NCBI GenBank assembly: GCA_009103225.1
Contig: RHPI01000671.1
Coordinates: forward strand, 510,152-549,024
Origin: Chlorokybus atmophyticus
Taxonomy: Eukaryota; Plantae; Mesostigma and Chlorokybus algae
DNA length: 38,873 bases
Reading direction: 5' to 3'
The notes below the pieces were generated by a model. It saw nothing but the letters and a program-made list of their open reading frames with translations, did not search any database and was not told the DNA's origin. The position numbers and the translations under genes are program-made. Below are positions 11,650-23,072 of this stretch, piece by piece. Within the stretch, counting starts at the first letter, position 1, and each line of letters starts with the position of its first letter.

Positions 11650-12250
11650 CGCACTGAATATTCGTTGGATTTACCGTTTCAGCTTTTTATCGAGTGAATA
11701 TTCAAGTGTTTTCGTACATTTTGTGCAATCCCTGCCAAAACGAAATCGCGACATTCACCTATAAATCGCGTGAATATCCACACAATAAATCAATGCCACC
11801 TTTCAAAACCCATATACCTCGTATATTCAGTTGAAATCGATTGAATGTTCAAGGCATGCAATTGTGAATGGACACAGCATGTGCTCTGCTAAATATTCAG
11901 CTATACATTGCCTGAACATTCATGAAGGGGCATAAGCTTGTGGCTATATAACAGACAGCTTAAACTCACCAAGTCCCAACTGCCCGTGAATAATCAATTG
12001 ATCAGCTTGTCACACATGTATATTCATAACCTTCATCAGTTTCATGCCACAGATGTGAGTGAACATTCAACACCAATCTGAAACTACGCAATACGATTCA
12101 CACTAAGTCCTAGCTTTGAGTGAATTTTCAACACCATTCCAAAACCAAGCAATACGTTTTGCACTAACTCCTAGCTGTGAGTGAATATTCAACCCCACAC
12201 GAATAAACATATACTCTCATTTTGGCCAAGTCCCGAATGTGATTGAAAAC
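11650..12250. repeat. Subterminal repeat array of the palindromic motif TGAATATTCA, including about 62-bp tandem units
   Basis: Exact copies at 11695 and 12183. Variants at about 11655, 11770, 11842, 11913, 11988, 12060 and 12121. The last three are spaced 61-62 bp apart with shared flanks (gcaatacg...cactaa..cctagct). Confidence 0.85.
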
Positions 12251-12402
12251 CAAGTAGATTGCACTGCTAATTCTAATATACAGTCTAGTATATGTCAAAG
12301 CCAGAGTTGCTCAGCAATTCTACACAGCTGGTTTGAGTTGATGGTGGGGGACAGCTCTGATATGGACTACAGCATTGCTATGCTACACACCACCTGCTAC
12401 TA

Positions 12403-14277
12403 CTAGCTCAACTCATGTCTTTGCTGTGCTAACATACTGTCCATGAGTGTTCGCAATCGTCTTCTCAACCTGTCTGCCACTTGAGGATGAAACCAACTCC
12501 TTTGCATCTGCACACAACCACACAGCAATAACATGTGGTTACTAAGCACGTGTCGGCCTACACGACAGTGCCATTGAAGCACCTTCCACTTGTAAACATT
12601 GCAGTGCACATGCATGAACTGTACCTGTTGAAATATCCGTGCGTTTGGGTCAATTGGACCAGCTTGTACCCCATCTATAAACTTGTCAAGATAAAGCATG
12701 ACAAACAACCCGCACGCAACTCCATCCTTCTGCTGAGGGACCTGCACAAACATGTGTCAATGCTTGCAAACCAAATGCATGTGCATGCATCCAATCAGTG
12801 CTTGTGACAGAATGCATGCAAACTCATCACTAGTGCAATGCAACGTGTGCTACCTGTGGTACAAGAAGCTGTACGTTTTCGGGAGAGAAGCGTCGTTGTG
12901 AGTCACTTCCATGCTTTCTGCCCCACATGTAGTCAAGGTAAGCGCGCATAGGTCCATCAACGTTGCGATGCAGGCCAAGGGAGTCGAGATGGACGAGTAA
13001 AGGCGGCGTGTCACTTCCAAGTTGGCCTCCAGGATTGCACACAAGCAGCAGACTCCAGTGAGTCCTGTGAACAATCAAAATAATTCCAGCTTGCAAATAC
13101 AGCAGCAATTTAGCAAGATATTCTTGGCGCTTATTCTCACCGCGTGTCTGAGTTGACAATCACTCCCAGCAAGTCCTTGGCAAACGGATCACTCTCCCAC
13201 CTGTCTATCCTGTGATTGCTCGTGTGCCAGTCATTTTGTCTATGGCAGCGCACGATCTTGGTGTAGAAATGCGGGTGGAACAGCTTCACCTGAATGCCAT
13301 CTGCTCTGCCTAAGATTTCCTCTTCCTTGTATCTGCATGTGCATCCCACGTACATATGAGATACACGAATAACACAGACGCAACAAATCACATACCTGCA
13401 AAAGAAGTGGAGGATGGTGTCATTGAGCTCTTGTCTGCCATCCAGCAACCTCCTGTCCGTTTCAAGCACTGGCACCGCATCACGTGCACTTGCACTAGGG
13501 TAAATGAACAGTGGCTGCGGTGTTGACGGCTGCGGGTTGCTGACTGGATCGTCCAGCACCATGATATCATCATCGCTGCCCACGAGGTCCACAACTGCCG
13601 CAGACGTCGTGGGTTGCTGATTACAGCCCTCTTCGTCTTCATCGTCAACTTCCATCGTGACTGCCTCTGCAGCCATAAATGGTTCAATTGGGCAAGAACC
13701 ACAACGCAAATCAACAAGCTCAAGTGCACAGCAGCTTACCATTGTTACCCTCATCCCCACTCTCTTCAACGTGTTGAACCCCACTCTGCACAAGTTGTGA
13801 AACCCTACCGCAACTGCCCGGCAGAGAACGACGAGCAAGGCTCTCCCTTGGAGCTGCGCTGGAGCACCACCTTCTTCGTACGCAGCGCATCGCGAGCACG
13901 TAACCTCAACCATGCTACCCACAGCGTGCCGTCGACAGAGGCTGTTTGGACACGTCGCGCAGACTTGCAAAGCTGCTTCGTCGCAGTTCTTCACATGGCA
14001 CCTGTGTTTTGATTCAGTACAAGTGATGATGGTTCTAGGAGTGAAGTTCCTCACAACAAGATGCCAAGCATTTGCTGCAATGAAGTCCACTTACTCATGC
14101 CTTGGGCACTCCCAATATTCATCCTCCACAGGTGGCATAGAGACACAGTGCGCGTGGTAGCTTTTCCAGCAACCTTCCACATCGCAGCCAGATATGGTGC
14201 CCCCATCCTTGCAGACAAAGCAGTAGTCTTCATGTTCCCGATGTTCCAACGCATCCAGCTCCAGTCTCGGTCTCATC
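12403..14277 (-). CDS. NSD-like PHD-C5HCH zinc fingers fused to a Ulp1/SENP (peptidase C48) SUMO-protease domain, spliced
   Basis: HEDYCFVCKDGG..SGCDVEGCWKSYHAHC...WECPRH|ECHVKNC...VCATCPNSLCRRH. Then ELNDTILHFF, LFHPHFYTKI, FAKDLL..VNSDTR|THWSLLLVCNPG, HLDSL, and VPQQKDGVACGLF (His-Asp-Cys triad plus oxyanion Gln). The junctions I checked are in frame. Confidence 0.85.
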
Positions 14278-14333
14278 CTGTGAACAAAGGTTCAGTGGCC
14301 AGGTCTACAGTCTCACAGTAGGGATATGAGGCA

Positions 14334-17300
14334 TCACAATCGCAAACAGTACCTCTTGTACTCAAAATGCCAGTTGCGGCGTGTGGTCCATGACACCTCG
14401 CTCGAGGCGCTATTGGTTTCGCTTTGGGCACCCTGCACCAAGTACACAAGATGGTTGTATGTGATGCCAAAACCCAGGATACATGAGGACATCCAGCTTC
14501 TAATGGACAACGTTGTTAACTCTCCTCTTACCGGAGTGTCCCGGTGCATGCCTCGACGCATGAGACTGCGCCTGTCTTTAACAAGCGCTACTGTTACTTT
14601 GTTCTCATGGGGATCAATTCCCTCAAACCACTGGCCCTTGACCTGCCAGCAAGAAGGGATATTCATCAGCCATTTTCATACTACTATTTCAATTTACTAT
14701 CATCACACCAAGCACACGCCAAAACGATTGCAACACAGCCACTTACCAGGTTGCAATTAAGGTAGGTTTGTTCTGCAAAGCGGGGCTTGTCTTTTCTTAC
14801 GATTGCAAATCCTCCAATGTGCTGGACTTGGTTGCTCATGTACCACCTAGCCTGAGCAGCTGGTGCTCCCGACCAGCTATCACCACAACATCAAAAGATT
14901 GCACCCTGCCATACCAATGGATCTTCTTGGTTGGGTCATCTGAGTCACGCCCAACGGTAAACACGCCACAGTCCATGGTGCGGAGTTTCTTCTCCATTTC
15001 CTCTGCTCTGAACTGACCGATGTCCTTGTAGCGTGCTCTGAAGTATCGCTTGATGTACTTTGGAAAGATTGGACCGCTCAACAGCTCCGTCTCGTGCTTT
15101 GTAAGCTCCCTAACAGGTCCACGCCAGTGATGCAGCTCAGTCATATGCTCCATGTCCTTTGCCACGACATGTCCTTGTTTTTGAGCCCTTTCCCTTGCCA
15201 TCCTGCGTTTGTTCACCTCCCGACTGAACTCTCTGTGTAGCAGCAACCCTTAAATAAATCATACTGTCTGCGCGTTGGACATCACGTACAAAACAGCAAC
15301 TCCCAAAGCAACTTACTCTTTTAACAGCCTGTATTCATCGTCATTCTCAGCCAACCACCACTCGAGCTCCTGCCTTGTCTTACTATCTTTATCCCCAACC
15401 TCAATACGGTGTCTCCGTCCGCAGAGCACATAGTCGTCATCATCTCGTTGCTTGCCCGATCGCAAACTGATGTCGGAGAAAAGTCGCTTCAAGGTGTCCA
15501 TGTAAGTGTTCAGCATGAGCTGGATAGAGTATCTGCAGATGCAACTGGCACTTGAACAAGGCAAACAATGTGGAAAGTTTGCACGTAACTCTCAGTGGGC
15601 TCACACAAAACTTGCCTTTTGCAGATGCTTGCTTCCACATGCTGCCTTGCAAATATCATGCGCTTCACCCACTGCATAAAGCGTTCATGTGCCCACTCCC
15701 AGTGGTCACGCGTCGGACCAAGCCACATGCACTGCTCTGGTAGATGGCCAAGGAGGTGCAGCATCATTGTGAAAGAAGTTCGCGGGAAGAACAGCTCCAC
15801 TTCAGACTGTGCCTCATGCACCAGCACCTGCACTAAGTAATAAGCTATGCATGCCATAGGAGCTGGGCATGCAGAGTAAAGTGTTATTAAAGCCAACCTT
15901 CAATTCTTCGAGGTGTGACTGCTTTACTTCCAATGCAGTCAGCCGTTGGTAGATGTCGCATAGTTTGAAGATGGTTCTCTTCTGATCTTCTCCAATGTCG
16001 TGTGCAGAGCGCAGCACGTACTAAAAAACGACCGACCATAAGTTGTGCTTGTCGTGCGATTTCATCGAGCCTGCATGCTCCATGTCAAAAGTTCCATGCA
16101 TGGAGAATCATTGCTTTAGCGTAAACACAAAACATATAACGGCTATCTCACCTAAATGCTTTGTGAAAGACTGCAGTTTCGAGCCGAAAGTGCTTGAAAC
16201 CCTCACGCCGGAGAGCAATTGCTCAACCAGTCCTACATCTGTGATTGTCCATGGAGCCTGGGGTTTTACCTTGACTGCGACTTCCTTTCCATCCTTCATC
16301 TTCATCTCTGTCTGCAGCACATAGGTTCAAGTCCTTGGTTAAATCCAACTATGGCAGATGTCAACGAGGCCGACTACATACATACCTCTAGCCAGAGTTT
16401 AGGCATGCGGCCTTGCTGCTGCAGATCTTCTCGTGATTCGATGCTGTCGCGCAAGCCAGCTAGGAGATTTGCAAAGTTGGTTGCCAGGTTGGCAAAAATG
16501 TGCATAGGGCCAACCACATGACCTTTGACAGATTTTTGTAACGGTAGCCAATATGGAAGGTCGTGAAAACAGCTCAGTCCAAGGATGCCGGAGGTCTTTA
16601 AAGGATGTCTCTTGGAGTGCAGTGGACGCTTGCTGTTGCGAGATGTCATAGCATACCTGATCACATGGCATCCATTGCTGACATACCTATGTTCTGCAAC
16701 CGAATGCGCAATCAACTGAGATTGCTCACCTGTACACGCTCTCTGCAGTCCGCATGGGTGGTGGTGGTCTGTATTCTGGTTGCGGCCAACGCTCATCAAC
16801 TCTGTAAGGATGGTCATCCGGTAGGTACCGGCGGTGGCCTTGATAGATCACCTTTTTGAGAAGTTCCACATGTTCTCCACTGCACTCGCACTTTGAACAG
16901 CCAAAGATGGCTCCATGCGCCATCTGCAAGGCAGCTTTTGCCAGAGCTGCGCAACCATCATGATGTACTTCAGTAGCCACAACCATGGTTGTGAGGACAG
17001 TCCAATATACAGATATAGTCAGACACTGATAACAGTAAGTGCAAACACTGCTGCTGCTTGAGTACCTGGGTAATCATGGATTACAATCTCCAGAATAGAT
17101 CTGCAACGAAAAACTGCGCCGCGGNCACTGATAACAGTAAGTGCAAACACTGCTGCTGCTTGCGTACCTGGGTAATCATGGATTACAATCTCCAGAATAG
17201 ATCTGCAACGGAAAACTGCGTCGCGGTGGCTGTCATATATGTCTATACCTACAGTAAATGCCAGCAGATTACATGCCTCAGTCATGCGCATTTGTCAAGC

Positions 17301-19520
17301 ATGACTGCAGTAATGGAAGCTGCTTATCCTAGCTGTGTTGAAACCATACCTTCCCAGAGATCTCCCAACTGGTCAATAATTGGCTTGAGATAAGCCTGTA
17401 GATTCTCTGGCTGTTTGGGTCCAGGGATTACAGCAGCTAGAAATGTAGTGTCTGTCTTGTGCATCTTGGCAATGGGCAGGTTCAACACTGAGATTGTGAC
17501 AACCCAAAACTCATAGTTCCCTGCAACTCAACAAACCCTTTGCTGCCATTCGTACAGTTACACTGCAACGAGCATACAGGAAGAAAAATGCTCTTTTATA
17601 CCTTTGTGCGGATCTTTGAACGGCTCATCCCGTCGATGAACATCGCTAGGCGCACATTGCGTGGTTCTTTGGCAAACCGGCTGTAGCGTTGTTCAGTGTC
17701 CTTGAACATTGGCGAGTCTGACAGCAGCAAGTACACCAAGGGCTTACGACCAACTGCCCCAGCCCCACAACACATTCAAACATGCATACAATCGCAAGGC
17801 TGGATACTGAGGTCTTACATACCGCCCCAGCACCTCGCCGACACACAAACAAACACAGGCAAGGACACCGAGGTCTTACATGCCGCCTCAGCGCCACGCC
17901 GACACACAAACAAACACAGGCAAGGACACCGAGGTCTTACATGCCGCCTCAGCGCCACGCACACAAAAGCACAAGGCACGGACACTGAGGGCTTGCATTG
18001 GACTGCCCCAGCCGCTCACCAACACAATCATGCACACAGTCGTGCCTCATTTACCACTGAACTTGGCAATGTTACCGTGTATAGATCGCATAATCCCATC
18101 CTAACTTCGATTTGTGTGCGCCATCATCTCCGCAGCAAGACTAGGTTTTAGGTACAGAGCCCTCAGCGCAGCAGGCACGTCAAAGTAACGCCCATTCTTC
18201 CATGCAACTTGTCTACCTCCTATGTTGCGGTAGCGAGGGGCCTTGCAGACTGCATAAGCAAGTCGTATGCTGATGGGACATGCTAATCAAATCCCATTGT
18301 AGTGAACATTTGCAACAATTGCTCACCTTTGCAAAGTATCCTGTTGGCATGTCGGCCACAATACAACATGTGATCACAGCGACAGGCATCATATGTGTGG
18401 AAGCCCATGTTGAGGCCTTCAAGGCATTTCAATAGCTCGTGCATGCTGCCTGGCATCTTATTCTCCTTAGGCAAGAGGATGCCACGCAACAACCTGGCAC
18501 ACAGAAACACATCAGTTCTGAACAGGCTGATGTTTCAGCAGTCAGCAGTGTAATTTGCCCACCAACCTGAGCAGTTTATTCCTGAAATTGAAGGGTATTC
18601 GATGTAGCTGCGCCAGAACCAATAGCAGCATGGAAATGCTTAGAGGGGTTGTACGAGAGCCGAAAACAACAGGGTTGCTTGCATTATCCAGCAACGCAGC
18701 ATTCACCTTGTCAAGTAGCATGGCATCATCAACGCATTTAGCCTCGTCTGGCTGCGATTCCACATCGGTTTCATAGTCTTGGTCTTCGCCGGCAACATCA
18801 CCTTGCTCCGCATCACCTTGCTCCGCATCGACTTGCTCAGCAGTGGAGGTGCAGTGCACTGGCGTCTCAGGCTCTACTTGTCCATTTGTGGATTTGGTTC
18901 TGGCACCTTGATGCTCTTGCAATGTAGCATTCTCAATTCCACAAAATGCTGGGTGAGATCCGCGTTGTTCTCCATAAGCACATTGTCCTTCATGAGCACA
19001 CGGATTACAACCTGCCAGCTGCAATGAGTCTAGTGGCACATGAACAATGAGAGGCACAGCATCAGCAATGTCAACATGCCACGCAAGTCAGGTCGTACCT
19101 GCTGGTTGCAAGTTGGCTGCAACATTGAAAGGAGATTCAACACTCGGTTGCAACGGCGTGCCTGTGTCAACATGTTCAGTAGCGTCGTTCCCAACTAGCA
19201 ATCGTTCGGTATCATGGAGAGCTTCACCTGGGGCAAGCCAGATCAATGATCAGACAGCCTGTTGTATAGATTTACAGATGTAGAGAAGTTGCTCTTGTAC
19301 CTGACGACATGTGTAAGGATGCAGCAGCAACAGCAGCATCAGCTTCTTCAAGTTCATGGGGTTGTAGTCGATCACGGTATTCAGGAGCAACAGCTTCTGG
19401 AGTGCCACACCACATGTTTTTGCCAAAGTTTTCATGATATTCAGCCCTTCTAATGTGGTTGTGTGTGAACACTTTGCTCCCTTTGCAGTCGCGGCAAAAA
19501 CACCTGCGAAAGTAGCTCAT
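14334..19520 (-). pseudogene. CACTA/En-Spm transposase (Transpos_assoc, Tnp2/Transposase_21, DUF4218, DUF4216), many exons, damaged
   Basis: CFCRDC N-terminus; LPKENKMPGS..DACRCDHMLY; FAKEPRNVRLAMFIDG; VLNLP...VIPGPKQP.NL.AYLKP; HDYPA; GHRRYLPDDHPYR; LPYW..H..GPMH; MKSHD; FFPRTSF.MMLHL..HL...GP...W.W..ERF; WYGRV. In-frame TAG at 18101-18103 and 16021-16023, and an apparent 1-bp deletion near 17622 (DGM-PF motif). C-terminal end uncertain. Confidence 0.9.
17735..18020. repeat. Intronic tandem repeat of about 61 bp within the transposase
   Basis: gacacacaaacaaacacaggcaaggacaccgaggtcttacatgccgcctcagcgccacg at 17840 and 17901, with degenerate flanking copies. Confidence 0.9.
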
Positions 19521-19810
19521 GCTACAAACATCAAAAGCAGTCAGCCAACATACTGCAAGCAACTTCCAATCAACTTCCATACAGCCAAAGCAAAGACCTG
19601 CAGGCACGCTGCCGCCGCTGACACCGCCGCCGTCGCCACCGTCATGCCTGCCTACCGTAAATTAAGGGTTTAGGACACATCCAATCCCGATTCAAAACAA
19701 GCCAGAAAGTCAATCCGGATATGCTCCACAATTTGCGTACATGCTCCTTTTCTTCTTCCGTCCAGTGCATTAGCTTCTAGGGTTTGTGTGCCAGGTAGCG
19801 TGGCGCCAGC
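19521..19810. promoter_or_regulatory. Probable bidirectional promoter between the transposase (-) and the methyltransferase (+)
   Basis: ATGs at 19520 (-) and 19811 (+) diverge. Telo-box-like AGGGTTTAGG at 19665-19674 and TAGGGTTT at 19778-19785. Function is inferred. Confidence 0.55.
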
Positions 19811-21554
19811 ATGCGCGGCGTCAAAGTGTGTAGCTTCTGCAAAGCATACTTGGTTAGGAATGGCAACAACAGACGTCTGCAACAGCATGAAGAGAAGTGC
19901 AAGCTGTACAGTGAGCAGTATGGCTTCTATGAAGCCTGCTGGCACCACAAGGCAAGGGGGGACAATGTGAGGCAATGCAGACTGCTGGCACAATGCATGA
20001 GGCCAGATTTCTTTTGGGAGGAGTGCACTTGCCTGCAGTGCTCGCTTTCCAAGTTTGAGTGGGACGGCGAGCCCATGAATCACCTGCCTTGGGCACGGCC
20101 TGGAGCATATCGCGATGGGCAGATGTGCAATGTGGTTCGACGTCAGCTCGTGCGCAACGGTCGCGGCAAGTCCACTGTAATCGAAGACGATGTCAACAAC
20201 AGGGTGAGTTGAACTGTCCTTGCAAACAGCAAAACAGCGCTTGCACGCATGACCAACTTACTCTGAATGTCAAAGGGGAACGCGGTTGTCGACGATGTCG
20301 CGACACTGGCTGCTTGGCGGTTGTCGAGTTGAACTGTCCTTGCAAACAGCAAAACAGCGCTTGCATGCATGACCAACTTACTCTTGAATGCCAAAGGGGA
20401 ACGCGGTTGTCGACGATGTCGCGACACTGGCTGCTTGGCGGAAGGAGATTGTTGATGAGGGGCAGTCTTTGGTAGCATGCCGCGTTGTGGTGTACTGGCC
20501 AGGAATGAGCTCCTGGTATGCAGGCCACATCATCACTTTTGATGCCAACACAGGTATACTGCAGAGTATTTACATGCGCTCATGCAAGCACCGGCTCAGG
20601 CAAACATGTGGCTCAGGAAAACATACCATCAAGTACGACGATTTCGTTGAGGACCCACGGCTGCACCACATCTTGATAAAGAACTGGAACATGGCAGCTG
20701 TGCGTGAGGGTTACGACGTAATGGTTCGTGTTGGTGGTCAAAGCTGTCTGAAACTGCAAGACTTGCCTGGTCGAGAGCTCGATCGATGGCCCAAGCCCCC
20801 ACCCCTTCTGATCACACGCACACCAATAGACTCAAACGGAAGACGTTGCAGGCCGCGCGCACTGGATCTCTTTTGCGGCGCTGGTGGTGTAGCCATGGGT
20901 CTGTACAGGGCAGGGTTTGATGTTGAGGGCATCGACAACAAGCCACAACCGTCATACCCATTCAAGTTCTGCCAGATGGATGCAATGGACGCTGACCCGA
21001 CAGCATACGCTGCGGTGTGGGCAAGTCCTCCATGTCAAGCTCTAAGTGGGGCCATTCCCACTACACAGCGCTCCGCGTACGGCAATCGATGGGAGCACGT
21101 CAACCTGATTGACCCCATAAGAGCCAAGTTGCAGTTGAGCGGCAAGCCATGGGTGATAGAGAATGTCGCAGGCGCATCAGGACACATGACAACTCACCTG
21201 AAGCTGTGTGGCACCATGTTCAAGTTGGATGTGTATCGTCATCGCATCTTCGAGACAAACCCTCCACTGCACTCAGACTTGAAATGCAACCACACTGGTT
21301 GTGCACTTGGAGAGCTGGCCACCCACCCGGAGCAGCGCCGGCAGTTGCTACCTGGGGAGAGGCAAATTTACCCGGTGTACGGCCAAGCATCCTGCCGTGG
21401 CACGATTGCAGGGTGGCAGTCTGCCATGCAGGTGGAGTGGATGGATGCGGAATCGGAAGTCAAGAATGCCATTCCACCAACTTACTCTGAACATGTAGGC
21501 AGGCTGTTGCTGGAAGCAATAGGCTTCACTGTTGATTACCCTCCTTTTTACTGA
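19811..21554 (+). CDS. Cys/His-rich N-terminus + Tudor domain + C5 cytosine DNA methyltransferase (short phage/bacterial type)
   Basis: Exons 19811-20203, 20397-20553 and 20617-21554 are in frame. Tudor: LVACRVVVYWPGMSSWYAGHIITFDANTG|KHTIKYDD. MTase motifs: ALDLFCGAGG (I), WASPPCQ (IV), WVIENV (VI), LCGTMF..YRHRIFE (VIII), AMQVEWM..KNAIPPTYSEHVG (IX-X). No internal stops. Confidence 0.9.
20206..20441 (+). repeat. About 120-bp tandem duplication of the intron 1 3' part and exon 2 start of the methyltransferase gene
   Basis: gagttgaactgtcc...ctgcttggcgg at 20206 and 20326, with about 3 differences. Confidence 0.92.
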
Positions 21555-21742
21555 AAGGTAGAGGTAGCTCTTGATTGCTGGCCACTTTGTTAGCCTGAAC
21601 TCAAACCCAACAACAGAATGAGCGACCCAATAAAGTCAGCAAGAGGTCTTAATCACGAGGATGCCTCTGTTTGCCAGCACGGGAAAGACTGACCTGCTGG
21701 GCAGGGTCTCTTTCAGAGCACCTTCATGCCCTGTTGCGCCGT

Positions 21743-21950
21743 CCGCCCACCCGAGACTAGACCTCCTGCGGGTTCACTGCGAACGCAGGGTATGGTCCAA
21801 CCAAAGCTGACTCGCGAAAGTCATGAACCAGAGGCTCTAAGCATGTGCACAAAGTCTACAGTACGTGACTTGCGCGAGACGGCTCTGCAGGACCACATCC
21901 TGCGTTCGCAGTAAACCCGTAGGAGGTTTTGTGTCGGGTGGGTGGGCGGA
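21743..21950. repeat. About 200-bp imperfect foldback (inverted repeat)
   Basis: The reverse complement of 21743-21789 matches 21899-21945 (cctgcgttcgcagt.aacccg.aggaggt...tcgggtggg). Inner pairs tggtcc/ggacca and ctcgcgaaagtca/tgacttgcgcgag. Centre near gtgcac at about 21845. Confidence 0.8.
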
Positions 21951-23072
21951 GAAGGAGAACTTCTAAGTTGCTGTGCGCATGCCTTTGGTTGCGTGCAATC
22001 TTTGGACACATGCCCGTTTCAGCGGTTGCTGGGGCCAGTACGAGGGCGTGCCAGTACGAGGGCGGCATGTCAACAGCAGCAAGAGGTGTTCTCTCGGGTG
22101 GGTGGGGGGAGAAGGACTGCCAGCCTGAGTTGCCATATCACAAACAGCAACCCAACCCCAGCGGCAGGTACAACCGCCGTCCATCCAAAAGCCCTGGAGC
22201 AGATCGCGACCAACAAGTTCCATGCAGAGGCTGGAGGTGGTTGAGAAGGTGAAATGCAATCACAGTTAGTATATGCACGAGAGCGATGCATACCTCATGA
22301 CTTACTGCGGACTTCTGTTACCACCTCCACTCTACAAGTGCTGTCACACTTACCTGTGCGCCGTGACTGCATACAAACAGCAGCCAGCAAGGCTCCCAAG
22401 GCGGTGCGTTCGCAGTGAACCCGCGTGCAGTCGGGATGATCCTAAGCATACAAGGACAGGCAGATGTGGGTGATTGCATTTTGCTGCAATCCTTCAACAC
22501 ACACAGACAGGCAGCTAAAGCTAACACACTCTATCCTGTACAAAGACCACGAGATTGTCTTTCCTCTATCCTGTCATGTCAAGCTCCTGTCATGTCACCT
22601 GGAAGAACACCTCCACTTCCTGCTGGTTAGCAGCGAAAGCAGGTGGCACAGGCAAGAAGGGGGCAAGAAAGTGAGCAAGAAGGGGGCTTAATCACAGGGT
22701 GATGCCCCTACGCTCTGCATACAAAGACAGAATGAGCAAGCAGAGGGCTTATTCACGAGGATGCCTCTGCATTCAGCATGAGCTCAGACCCGAATCGGGA
22801 ATGAGAAAACAGAGGGCTAAATCTAGAAGATGCCTCTGTGTTCAGCTTGAATTAATATATACACTTACACATGAGGTTGGCCCTACGCTGCGAGAACGAT
22901 AGATTCTGCACAGGCATGGTGAGGTAGCAGAGGCTCCTGCAAACACAACAGCAGCAGATGTTAACGAGAGCAATACTTGCAACTTTTGCTATTGTACAAG
23001 CAGTGTCCATGCGTGTTCCAACCTGCAAAGCTGGTAGTCGTGAAGTGAACAACCTCGAGGTTGCTGTCACAG

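Noticed and set aside
17024-17227. 101-bp tandem exon duplication in the transposase
   Set aside because: The two copies are separated by a single n at 17125, typical of an unmerged contig overlap. Treated as an assembly artefact.
19598-19645. Upstream ATG (19645) as the transposase start
   Set aside because: Splicing to either nearby acceptor gives a stop or the wrong frame. Treated as a leader exon/uORF, with the ATG at 19520 preferred.
21555-23000. Protein-coding genes among the many short overlapping ORFs
   Set aside because: No consistent splice model or motif found. The region is better explained as UTRs, a foldback and dispersed repeats.
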